A stretch of 64,000 bases of DNA from Spirogloea muscicola (taxonomy: Eukaryota), in the NCBI GenBank assembly GCA_009602725.1, contig WELB01000007.1:1192310-1256309 (forward strand), written 5' to 3'. Of this stretch, positions 24,014 to 36,439 are shown piece by piece. The notes under the pieces are model-generated. The model saw only the letters and a list, made by a program, of their open reading frames with translations, was not told where the DNA came from and did not search any database. Each line of letters begins with the position of its first letter. The first letter of the stretch is position 1. The translations under genes were made by a program, and so were the position numbers.

Positions 24014-24519
24014 GAGTTCGCTTACTGCTGTCTCAGTCCTTAGCACTCCGACTCCTTCAGACCTTGTCCATTCTTTTAGGCTGGCCTCTCCCAGCCACTT
24101 GTTAATCTGGCCGCGCTTGCCTCAAGGAAATGGACAAGGTCTGAGAAGAAGTGGCTCTCCCAATGGGGGCGAGGGCTGTGACAAGCAGAAGGAAGTGCTC
24201 GCCCAGAGAGAAGAGGAGCTGATAAGCCAGCCCGCACGTAGAATTGACGAGGTTCGAAGGGGCCAAAATACGAAGAGAGGGCCGGCAGGCGCAAAAAGCA
24301 GGATACTAGTCTCTTGTCACTAAAACCACAAAGCTAAGCAAGAGACTACAGCGTAAAGGCTTAGTAACCCCGGGTCAGCAGCCGCAAGTCTGACTAACTT
24401 GCAGCTGGAAAAGGAGGAAGTGAGCTTCTGCAAAGCTGATGATAGATGGCCCGCTGTAGGAGAGAAAGAAACAGCTCGTCCACTATAAGGCAGTGGCTGG
24501 GATAGGCCAGAGAAAGACT

Positions 24520-25069
24520 CTTCCAGCACCGTACGGTCGTGGAAGTGAACAATATCATGTCTATCACCACGGATGCCCAGGGACGACATCGCCGCACACT
24601 TGACATTTTGGGCGCGCAACCTGGTGGAGGACCACGGGCCTTGGTTGATGTCGTTGTTATGGAGGCTTATAGAGGTCCAGCATCGACGCACATCGCTGGC
24701 CATGCAGTGGGCAGTGCAGGACAAAGAAAGCTGCAGCACTACTTCGATTACCCCCACTGCGATCAGCTCCTGCCAGCTGCAGTCGACATATTTGGCTGTT
24801 TAGGTCCTCGTTTCCACACTCTCCTTCAGAATATTGCCGATCTAGGCTATGCATGACGTGCATATGTGTTTCCGGATGAGATGGGCTTGCCAGCTGCATA
24901 TCCATCGTTCTTGTGACGACGAGTTTTGGCCTGTTTGCAGCGTGCCCAGGCTAATGCTTTGCACCAGAAAGCTGGGCGAGCTCTAGTTGGTGGCAGAAGG
25001 GCTACGTATCTGCCATCTAATATTCAGGCATCGATTAGCAACCTTTATGTATTGACCCGTGGTTACTGA
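24520..25069 (+). mobile_element. Diverged, stop-containing RLE C-terminus of a second retroelement subfamily
   Basis: HRRTLDIL...GPRALVDVVV...RKLQHY...LLPAAVDIFGCLG...ACLQRAQANALHQKAGRAL...NLYVLTRGY* with internal stop codons. Confidence 0.8.
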
Positions 25070-26093
25070 GCGGGTCAATCTGCCGTAGTCCACGTCTTTA
25101 GATGTGCTTGCCTTCGTACTTGGCCATTTGGCCTTCGTTTGTTTAAATACACGAAAATCTTCTTCCAGCAGAGGGAGACGGCTGTGATTGGCCAGCCCAG
25201 AAACAAAGAATATATAAAGTTCGAGAGGGGCCAGGATATGCGATAGAGTACACGGCGACTAAAGTGGCCACTGGATGCTCAATATCCTCTGTTGAGCAGC
25301 CGCAGTCCAGCTAAACTAGTAGCGGGTAGCGGGTCCACAAAAGGGGGCGAGGGCTGTGTGATGGAAGTCGTTGCCAATTGTCGCCTCGTGGCCCGGGAAG
25401 CGCTGACGTCGTCCTGAGCTGCCGGGTGGCACTGGGCGCCACTTGGGGCGAGCCGGCGCCTCACGGCGGACGACGTCCAGCGGCGGGGCTACGGGGCGAG
25501 GCTGCTTCCTCGTCTTCCGTTCGATCCAGACGAGGGAGTCATTGGGGCGGAGCGGCGCGCACGTCCACGACAGAGCCGCTGTTGCGCTGGCCTCCGGCGC
25601 CCCCCCGGCTCCCGGCTCCGCCGCCGCTGTCCATGCCAGTGCCGCAGCGGCGCTGACCCCAAGTCACCAGTCAGTCGCTCCCTCCCCGCCCGCCGCGCCA
25701 CTCCTTACCACGGCACGCGCCGCGGATCGCCCCCGGGCTCCGCTTCTCGGCGCGATCGCTTTGCCCGGCGCCCCCAGCTGTGTCACTGAGGCTCCTTCAG
25801 TGGCTCCCTTCTCGTCTGGAGCTACGGTGGAGCGGCATTGCGGCACTGCACTGCAACGAGGCAGAGTTTCCGTGGGCACACCTCCAGCATCCTCCTGGGA
25901 CCGTCCTTCTGAGAGGCGCTCATGCGGGAGTCAAGTGACATGAGCACAGGCGGCCAGTAGCGAGCATGTCGTCTGGATGCTCCCTCCTCTGCGGCTCCTC
26001 GGAACGGCCAGCTGCAGGCCGGGCTCAGGCGCAGGGCTTGCAATGAGTGGCTGGCGGACCATCCAGACGCGGCCAGAATAGGGTGACTGTCCG

Positions 26094-29000
26094 ATGTCGT
26101 CGTCGTCATCAAGGCGCCTCTCTCACAAGAAGAGTGGCTCATGGCCAATGCCCCCTGGAAAACCAGCACGCTTCCTGGTTAGCAGACACTTGTCGACTTT
26201 CACTCAGGATGAGTCTGTATTAGGAACTTGTAAGACAGTGCTGAACAGTATGCTCGCCACATGATTGTGCTGATAGCAAGCACTTCATCTTCCCCAAAGA
26301 TGCTGCCTGGCCATCCAAGACTTATCTCTCTGCAATGAAACAATCCTCTTCACATGTTTGTCCATGTTTGACAGCAGCCGCTTACTTTCAGCTTTTGAGG
26401 GTAGTTGCAGACTGGGAAAGGCTCAGGATGGCCCCCACAACAGTGTTGGAGGAGAAAGCTGAACTCCCATGCAAATTCACTCAAAGAGTTCTCAGTCACC
26501 TTCATGGAAGCTTTGAAGATGGTGAGCTGGTTGCTGGTCTGAAAGGGTCAGGCCATGACTTGGTGAAGCTATTCTGCAAGTACCTGTACAAAAGTCACCA
26601 AAGACATAGACAGCTGCCAGGGGGTGTGCTTGCCTGCTGCATTGCTCATTGCATGAAAGGGTGCTCGACTCTATTAGGGAACATGAATGAGCCTTGCTTG
26701 ACCACTGCATAATAGCGACCTTCTTCCCGCCGATTATGCAGTTTGGACTTGGCCTGCGCTTATGGAATTTTGTGCAGAGAGAGCGATCCTTGGGGCGGGT
26801 GAGTTTGACCATGATACCTGTAGCCAAGACCTGCTGCATTGAGGTCAAGTTTCTATTGCTTGCTCCTTGGGCTCCTTGCAAAGTGAAGAAGATGTGTCAA
26901 GCTGGAGGACTTCAGAAGCTATTCGATGATGTTATCAACTCAATCACGAATGTGGTAGTCGTGGTTTGCAATTGACTCTATGCTGCAGATTGATGATCTT
27001 CTTAAAAGCTGACAGGTACAAGTGTTTTGCAGGTGCCTCCAATCGACCCTTTTAATCGTGTTGTCCAAGCACAGGCTTGTCACGGCGTACCATGCGGTGG
27101 AATGGGGTAAGAACATGCATGGCATTTCTATGGACCTTCCTGAGTTCATGTCAACAAGCTGCGGTAGTAGAGGTAGCTTGCCCAGACTTGTCCATGGCCT
27201 TTCGACAGATGGTCATTATGACTAGCCCTGTTTGAGAAGAATCTGTTTGAGTGGCGAATCGTCAAACATTTGTGTCATTAGTTTGGACGCTCTGACTGTG
27301 GGCACCTGCAATGCTGAAGATAGCTTGCCGTGACATCCATCAGAGGTGGTAGCATGAGCCGCGGTTGGCGCGGAGATTTTCGTCGCTGGCAATTTATCCC
27401 AGGCATTTGTGAGGAAAGTCCTGTCATGGCGGACCAGTTCTCTGTAAGCACTACTGCCTTCAAATGACTTTACCTGCATGTAACTTCAAGGGACAGCCGG
27501 CAGTTCACCTGCATAATGGACCAAGGAGATGCCGCTGTGTCCTTGTTTGAGTGCGATGGCATACCATGGCTTGTTATGTTTTCCCAGTACCTTAGGCCCT
27601 TGATGAGGAAGCATTGGCATCCTTAGTAAGGTGCACCCATTTAGGTGCTGTAAAGTAATAGAGCAGAGGGATATGGTGAGGTAGCCGAGCATGATAAAAC
27701 TAAGCAGTGCCTTTCGATGATCTGATAAGGTCTTCATTAAACGCAATAAAGGCCAGACAAATGAGAAGACCTTTTCTTCAGTTCTCTACCCTGGAAGGCC
27801 CCCTGAAATGAAGTGAGTGCTGAAAGCCAGGTCCCAAATGTGATTGTTCTGAGCATATTATGCATGACGCTGAATGCTGATCTCTCAAACCGAGAGGCCT
27901 GCTTTCACTGTGTTAGCAAATTCTCGTACATTGGTAAGAGCAAGCTATGCTTGCTTGCAGGAAGGGAAAAGACGACGAGGGCCTGAGCTCATGGGAGTGG
28001 AAGCTAGATGGACAGCGTTCAACATATCATGCCCTCTTCCCAAGAGCTTGGACAGTATATGATGGTGTGCCCAAGTGACTTTGTCAACTACTTCCTCTGG
28101 TTTCATGCTTCGAGTGGGATGTCTCCGTACTTGGCCTAAAGATTTTGAGCTATGTATAAATTTCCAAGTTGGAGCCCTCGCCCAGGCCCCATATTACACC
28201 TAGAAAATCAAGTGCTTCATCACCATATTTGCCACCTATCCTAAGGCCTCCTGGTTGGTGGATCTGAGAGGTTAAATGCAGAGGTTGGTGCTGTTTGAGA
28301 CTTTAGGTGGGGCTTTCTCGTAAGTCGGTAGCTCTGACTGTTACTTAAAGCCCTTGTACTGCTCAGGTGAACCTGATCCTGAGTTGGTGATCATGTGTAC
28401 GCAAGTGTCACCATTTTTGCCTCACAATTACAAGGAGAGCAGCTTACCAACATGTGCATTTGCTTACATGGTAAAGCACTGCCCTTTAGGTCTTCGTGCA
28501 ACTGATGAAGGAGTATTTGCACCTTGAGGTGCGTTATAGCTGCTGTCATTGACTGACTATTTGCATGCTGATGTCTGCAGCTGAACAACACAGGGAAGGA
28601 CGATGCTGAGATAACGTTGATGTTCACATTCGAGGTTTGCTCCAACTTGCCCAAAGGGCCATCTTGGCCAGGTTGCTTGGCAGCAGTGAGCAGTAAAGTT
28701 TGCTCCTACCCTGTTCTTACAGCTTGGCAAGTGCGTTCTACAGAATTCCATTGGCAGCAATGAAACAGTATCCAGAGGAGGTCATTACAATGAGGCTTTT
28801 GAGTAAGCCTTCACATGGCTGCTTTCAATTGCTCTTACAACTGCTCAATTGCGCTTACAGCTTTGCTCTCCTCTAAGACATTAGAGACCAAATGTGTCCA
28901 TTGTCTCATTCCCTTATGTCAGCAGGAGGAAGAGCATGAACTGTAGTTGCACTATTGGCATGTAACTGAGAGCCTTTGCCCATGTGGAAAATCTTCTGTA

Positions 29001-32000
29001 GGCAACCTGATGGTGTGAAAGGCGTTCTCCTACATCATAGGCAAGTCAATCTGTCTTTTCAGCATCAAGTCACACTTGGGCTTAACTCAGGCTTGTATGA
29101 GCACATTGCAACTTCGTGTCTGTCCACTTGAATGATTATGCTAGTCTGCGCAACCTTCGGCAGAGGCAGCACTGCTGTCCTGCATAGCCTCCTAGTATGT
29201 CGTCCATAGATCTGTGCAATAGCTGTCAAGGTCTCAATGCACGGCACTCAATGTTGTCTCTCTCATTCTCTTTGTCGGCACATGGGTTTTCTCCTTCCCT
29301 ACAAGTGCAGTAATTTTGAGCTGTATAAGGGTAACAACGATGGGAAAGGGAGCAATTGCTCAATGAACTGCAGGAGGTGATTTCTGGTTAAGTCTTGTCC
29401 TGTCTTTAGGTACTTGCATTTAGTGTGCATCTGCTGGCCTGGAAGGTGAACCTGCATATAGGTAGAGCATACTACAGGACTCATGCATGGTCGGCAACCC
29501 AAGCAAGGTCGTCCTTTACCCCATCAAGCTGGATAGAGTGGAGAGTAGGCCTTTAGGGGTTGAATGTTACCCTGTTCCCTTAGCCTCTCCTCCCTCTTAG
29601 TTCCTGGGAGATCTCGGTGACCTATATGCTGAGATCATGGACCTCTCTGAAGACCTTATCTATTGTGCAGCCCTAAAGGAGTACGTGGAGGCATTCCTGT
29701 GACATTTGCCATTGCTGCACTTGAGCACAATGGAGTTCAGGTGTCACTCAAGCCATGCTTTTCAATTTTGGGGGAGAGTAGAAACCCAACTGCCAAGGCC
29801 ATGTGGAGCGAGATAAAGCAGGTATGCATGTTTTGCATCAACAGGTCTGCACATGTCTCTTCCTAGCAATGAAGTACAGATAGACTTGCAGTTCAGTGGG
29901 GCTGCCAGAGACTTCTTTGGTCCTGCTGAATATATCACAAGCATGTGTCACATTGTCAAATTGTAAGTCCATATTTCTCTTCACATCAGGAGGGCCGATT
30001 CAAGGATACAAGTCCAGGAAGGTCTGCTCAACCATCATATGAGGGCGAATGCATTGGGGCAGCAGTCGCAGCAACAGTCACTGTCCCTGCTAATTCAAGT
30101 AGGGAGATTGTCTTCTCACTATCATGGGATGCTCCTATTGTAAAGTTCAGCAAGGGCAGTACATACTACAGGTGAGCTGTGGCTGTATAGACCCACCTGA
30201 CTTGACCATGTTGAGAAATTGTACATGTAAAGACTTTGGGCGAAAGCTTGAGGAAATGCATGTCTGCTCAGCCGAAATGTACTAGGTCTATGACTGTAGC
30301 TAGATATATTCACAAAATTTTGCTGCAATACCAGGCAAAACATAAATACAATGGTCATATTTGATTAAAAATTGAATGCTACTTTGCCAGGCGCTATACC
30401 CAATTTTACGGCCATGATGGCAAGGCTGCCCCAAAACTTGCTCATGATACCCTTCTGAGTATGTGCATGCTCTATCCTTTCTGGTCTAAGTGTTGTACCC
30501 TTGCTTGTTGTTCTGATGTTGGAAATCATCATAATCAAGCTTGCTCTCAGAGGCTTTCCTATTTGCAACTCTAAAAAACTGAAGTAGATACCAGACTCCA
30601 GACAGATAATAATAGGACAGGGCTTGCCGTGTCAATCCAGTCACATACTGCTCAGAAGTGGTGCTGCTGGATGGATGGATGGATGGATGGATGGGTTGAA
30701 TGCTTGCAAGATAAAGACTGTGAACCCATACAAACAGTCAAATCTGACACAAGCACGAGAGTTGCATCTGTCCAGGATTCAAGGATTGGAGCGATGAGAT
30801 TGAGAAGTGGCAAAATCCTGTACTTTTGAATGAGACACTTCCAGAGTGGTATGTCCACCCTAGGAACAGGCTGGGAAAGTGCCCGCGCAATTCTTACAGT
30901 ACATCTGGAGCCTTTATGATTGTCCCTGCAGGGCCCTGTTGAGTATCAGATAGTGTGGCATTGCTTGGGCAATCAGGCCAAGTCTTGTAAAGCAGATAGA
31001 AGTGGGACCAGTAGCAGTTATTCAATGTGTTTCATCCCTCTTGACACGTTTTGCAGGTACCGTATAACATTGTTCAATGAACTGTACTACCTCGTCGCTG
31101 GTGGCACCGTCTGGACTGGTGAGGAGATCCCATTGAGCTTCCTGCAGATGTCACATATTGAAAGTGTATCTTTGGAATGATACGGCATGGCGTCATATAA
31201 TTTAATTGGTCAAAGTCACACAGACTCAACATTGTTGTCCCCTTCACCCCCCCACGCCCTCCCCCAAAGCATCAGCCTGTGGTGAAGCTTATATTTCCCC
31301 TGATGCGCAACTATACTAGATCTTGAGACAACACAAATATTGATGGCCTGGTGGTTGTTGTCTCCTCGGACCTTTTCAACCTATACACCTACAGATGGTG
31401 GACCGCGACTACAAGAACGCACAGCAGAGGAAGTGGGCCCTCTCAGTCGGTGGGTGGGCCCAGTTGAGACAGAAGATTCCACCATATCAGATGACAGCAG
31501 TACTGAGCACAGCGGCACCCTTGCCAATAGTACCGGGACCACTTTCCAGGGCATTGTCTCCACCATAGCAGGGCTTGTGACGCCTGCAGCGGAAGTCACA
31601 CAACCATACGAGAAAGCGGTAGGAGATGCCATCTCTCCAGAGTCAGCTACTGCTGCTGGCAGTGCAGCAATGACTCCTGATAATTTAGACTTCCACCTTT
31701 CAGAAGAGGAGGGCAGATCACGGAGGATAAATGGGGCTTCCCTTGTGACTAGTCTATCAATGACGGGCCTTGCAGAGAAGGTGCCAAGTGGGCAACTAGA
31801 GGCACTTGATCTAGCAAAGCCCCCCAGCAAGAAGGGTAGTAAGAAGCATGGCTTTGGTCAGTCACCATGGCGCAGGCATGAGAGTAAGCAGATGGTTTCC
31901 CCTGATAAGGACTTTGCCAAAGTAAGCAAAAAACCCAGTCGCAGCAGTAAGAGGGAGAAGCTGCGGATCCGAGGCAGCAAGGCTCGATCACTAGATGATA

Positions 32001-35000
32001 CTTTGGCAGAGTCTGCAACTTGGAGGAACTCAAGCGGCGTATCCCTCCTGTCAAGTGGTGAAGAAAACGTTGGCCAATTTTTGTACCTTGAAGGAGTTGA
32101 GTACATTATGTGGAACACGTGAGATGCTCTGGTCCTGTGTCAGGCCTCCTTCTGATAACTTCAGAGCTCTAGATTTCTTACGCACTAGTGCCGCTTACAG
32201 ATGTACTTAAGCATACAAAGACCTGCTCCAATTAGTATGCAATCTTTAGCTGCAGTACCAGCACTTTTTGGCTGTAGCAACTGTTGCTGGTCTGTCTACT
32301 ATGAGTGTTGGTCTTATGGTCTTTCCGCTTAGCATTGTTGCCTCTTAGTCCTCATCCTAATGCTTTTAGTGGTGTGATTGCCCAGATATGATGTTCACTT
32401 TTATGCTTCCTTTGCCCTTCTGGCCCTCTTTCCCAAGATAGAACTAAGCATTCAGCGAGACTTTGCAGTGGCATGCCTCACAGAGGTGGAGTCCCAACTT
32501 CATTGCAAGTTTGCATCCACAAGTGGAGGTGTACGTCATGTCCAATCCTTGAAGTGGTTGCAAGCTTGTTGTCATAATAGTCGAGATGTTTGATCGTCAT
32601 GTCTAAGCTTTGCCACTTGTGACTTCCTGCAGCTGAAAGGATTGACGAGGTACTTGGCAAATGGTCATCTTGGCAAGAGTAAGGTCATGGGTAGTATACC
32701 GCATGATCTAGGGAATGCGGAGCCCTGGATTGAACCCAATGCCTACAACATCCACGACACCAGCCAATGGAAAGACCTTAACTGCAAGTTCGTCCTTCAG
32801 GTACAGAGGACACTTCTCAATACTTCATATGAGCTGCATGCTACATCCATCCATGTCATGTCAACTCTCTTTTGCAAATTCATACCAGCAAGGCATGGTG
32901 AGGCAGTCCATAAGCTGGCCGCTTTGATTGCAGTGGACCTTTAGGCTGGGTGCAAGACGGGTAATAATCCATGTATCCAACCCGTGGACTTTATGAACAC
33001 TCACTGGCTGTGTGAGATTAATTGCACAATAGGATGCGCAGACAAATTACCATTTTTGGAACCTTCTCACGAGACCATCTTGTTATCACAGGTGTACCGT
33101 GATGTTGTGGCAACAGGAGATATGAAATTTGCCAAAGCCACCTGGCCAGCTGTGAGTTGGCCACTCGCATTAATCTTTTCCCACTGTCAGTTGCGCCAGA
33201 TGCTGCCATGTCTCTTATTCTTTCCCTACCTGTCCTCATGCAGATTCTAATCATGACAGCCCTCGTGAAGCCCTTGCAGGTCCATGCTGCAATGCTATAT
33301 ATGGAGCGATTTGACAAGGATGATGATGGCTTGATTGAGAATGATGGCTTTCCTGATCAGACCTATGATGCCTGGTGAGCATGTTGTTAGTGCAGTGCTC
33401 TATCTCAAGCCAGTAAATCTATTATCTTGTGTTGCAGCTATAGCAGGAGACAAGCATGTGCTCCTGTACTGCAAACCTGTTTCAGGTGGGTCATGGCTTG
33501 TCCTGGACAGGTCTGTCCATGGCGTGAGTGCATACTGTGGTGGGCTCTGGTTGACCGCTCTCCAAGCAGCAAAAGCGATGGCTGAGCTGATGAGAGATGC
33601 AGATGTGGCGAAGTACTTCAACGATCTGCTGCAGAAGGTCTTACATCTGCTGCAATATCGCCGACAGAGATTGCCTAGACAGAACAACAGAGAGAGATAT
33701 AGCTACGGCCTGCCTACAGCTCATTGAAACCAGATCTGCCTCCAATAGCTCTGCTTTCAGGCATCACAGCTCTGGATTTAAGGTTGCAGCTTGTGTATGA
33801 AGGCAGGAGAATCAGGACTGCCTCATGCTTCGCTACTCACTGCAACATTTGCCTCATGCTGTGTGCCATGTTCTTTCAACAGGGACGAGAGTCCTATTTA
33901 AAGAAGCTATGGAATGGCAGGTACCTTGAGGAAGTAGACTGACAATGCCTGATTGCATGCTCATATCTGCACGCGGGATGCAATGTCTTGCTGAAGTCGT
34001 ATATACACTGCTCATTGCCTATTCAGCAAAGCCAATGTGTTGCTCTACTACAGGTACTTTAACTATGACAGTGGAACAAGTAGCAACAGCAACTCCATAC
34101 AGGCAGACCAGCTGGCTGGACAATGGTACGTAGATTGATGACAGTCTCTTTGCTTAGATATCTTTCCTTGTGCCCCGCATACTGCCAGCCTGGAGGTCCG
34201 ATGCACCTTTCATAGCACATACTCCAGAGTAGTCGTAGAAACCCTCAGCAACATGACGCTTGCACTGACTGAATTGCAGGTATGGATGGTCAAGTGGTTT
34301 GCCGCCGCTTTTTGATGACTCCATGGCCCGGAGTTGTCTAAAAATGATATTTGAGTACGCCCTTCATTCTGAAATTGTTTTGCTGAGCTCAGTGCCACAC
34401 AGAATTCCTGTTTTTCTGCTACAGTGTCAACAACTGTAGTGAAAGATCATAAGATTTGTGCTCATCCCTCAGCACAAATGCGGATTACTAGAGGATACTT
34501 ATCTAACTTTCACCAAATTTCCTTCAACGGTCTCAACCTGATCCTGCTATTGGCATTTATGCAGCAATAATGTAATGAAGGTCCATGGTGGTAGGATGGG
34601 TGCCGTTAACGGTATGCACCCCAATGGCAAGGTGGGTGAGGTGTGACCAGGAGCTATTGCCTTGCAAGCTCACTCCTTGCCAGACTGCAGCAAAGAGCCT
34701 CAGGCTCTTGATGCTCTTCAATGTTGTGTATTTCTGGAGTAGATCAATGGCGACTTCACCTTGGATTGGCTTGTCTTGAGGTCCAGGTAGATGAGACATG
34801 CATGCAGTCACGAGAAGTGTGGACTGGAGTTACTTACGCAGTTGCTGCTGCTATGCTGTATGAGGTACGCTCCAAAGAAGAGGTCTGTCTAAGTTACAGG
34901 TCTGAAGAGTGTGTCAGATTGCTCAGTATGCAGGATTGAGCAGGGCATTTCCACATAGAGAAGGCCTTGCGGCGTGTCTCCGCTGCATGTTGGCCCCAGA

Positions 35001-35532
35001 GTTTTGGCTCGTATACGGCTCTAGTGCTCGCAGCAACACAGCTGAGTCAGTAATCTGTAATTGCTGTCTTTCAGTGCAATATATGCCTATCACCAGGCAC
35101 TGTAATCTTATTTTTCTTGTTGCTCTTGACCAATTTGCACGGTGTCTGGCATTAGGGTATGAGCAAGGAGGCCTTCACAACAGCAGAGGGAATATTCCAA
35201 GCCGGCTGGTGCGATCATGGGTGAGCTTCCCTTGTGGTTCTTCAGTTTGTCTGCGGAGATGACAGTCCAGTATGAAGAGGGATAGTGTGGTAAACCCTTC
35301 TGATTGTCTTGACATAAAGATCAGGGTCATCTAGTTCTTCTGAGCGTATGGTGGGCTTTGCCATTCACACAGGTACTGGTTTCAAACTCCAGAGGCGTGG
35401 ACAACAACAGGCCGATTCCGCTCCCTAACGTACATGCGGCCACTAGCCATTTGGGCCATGCAGTGGGCATTAAGCCCTCCACCACGAATAGCCTTGGCCG
35501 CCTCAAAGTCCTCGCAGAGTCTCTTGGTATAA
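26094..35532 (+). CDS. GBA2: Non-lysosomal glucosylceramidase (GH116), multi-exon
   Basis: [55 protein letters not shown]...[106 protein letters not shown]...[18 protein letters not shown]; stop TAA 35530-35532. Confidence 0.93.
30668..30693. repeat. (GGAT)n microsatellite in a GBA2 intron
   Basis: About 6 tandem GGAT units. Confidence 0.85.
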
Positions 35533-36439
35533 CGTGCTCGCTGGGTAGCCAGTACACCAATTGTCGTTGCACATGACACAGAAGTTATTATTGTCTGTCA
35601 CAACGTTGTACGCTGTCAACTTGCCTCTGAGCAGGACAGCAGCTTGACTATGGAGCCTTCAGTATGTGCTCAGCTATTATTGCAAGAAGTCACCAGAGCT
35701 TCATGGCATCTTCAGAGGACACTGCACACCTGGACATGCGCTACACTAAACATTTATATACATTGCACCTTGGCAATGCTGCTCTGCCACTTTTACCTTC
35801 AAAATGTGTAGATACAGAACATTTGATAAATTATCAGCCATAGGCCATTCAAAGAGCTGGGCTGCTGCGTCCAGGGCACTATGTTTGACAGCAATTTGAC
35901 TAGAGGTGCAAACCTGCACATATTTTATATTTCATGTAGCGGTCACAAGTTACCCCTCTTTATTGATATATCCTTGATATTACTGCTGTTGTCCTTTATA
36001 GAGATACTTGTCGATTGAAACAGAACCTAACCAGTCAGATACTATTGCTGTGTTAAGCAGCCAATTGCACTTCCTTGAAACAGCCCAGAAAGCCGTGGCG
36101 CCCTATGACTCTGGGTGTGACTGCAGAGGCCTGACATTACTCAGATGCACACCAGCACTAAAAATGCCTGGGATAGTAGCCTTATCAGAAGTCTAGCAAG
36201 GTCGCTCATTTCACAGGGTCGCGGCTACTGCCATTCGTAATGGCCAGCTCTAGCCCTCAGTCCAGTTGCGATGTCAGCCTATTGCAGAGTATGAGCTGGA
36301 GGAGGGCGAGTCAGTGCTGCCTGAGGCTCCTTACATCTGACTGGTAGTCGCCTTGTTGGGACTTAGCATGCAGCTCCTCCTTGTCACGCTCTCTTGCAGA
36401 AGAAGCAGCTCTTCCATGATGGGGCGAGGGCTGTGAAAA

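Larger units (their letters stand above)
23130..25370. mobile_element. Nested cluster of CRE-like retroelement remnants between the divergent WDR6 and GBA2 starts
   Basis: Plus RLE-domain copies at 23390-24013 and 24520-25069; minus C-termini ending at 24361 and 25279; at least six 3' stem-loop motifs. Confidence 0.85.

Noticed and set aside
34128..34570. Apparent missing GBA2 exon after LAGQW
   Set aside because: The exon is present at about 34281-34353 ([25 protein letters not shown]), just below the ORF-track length cut-off.
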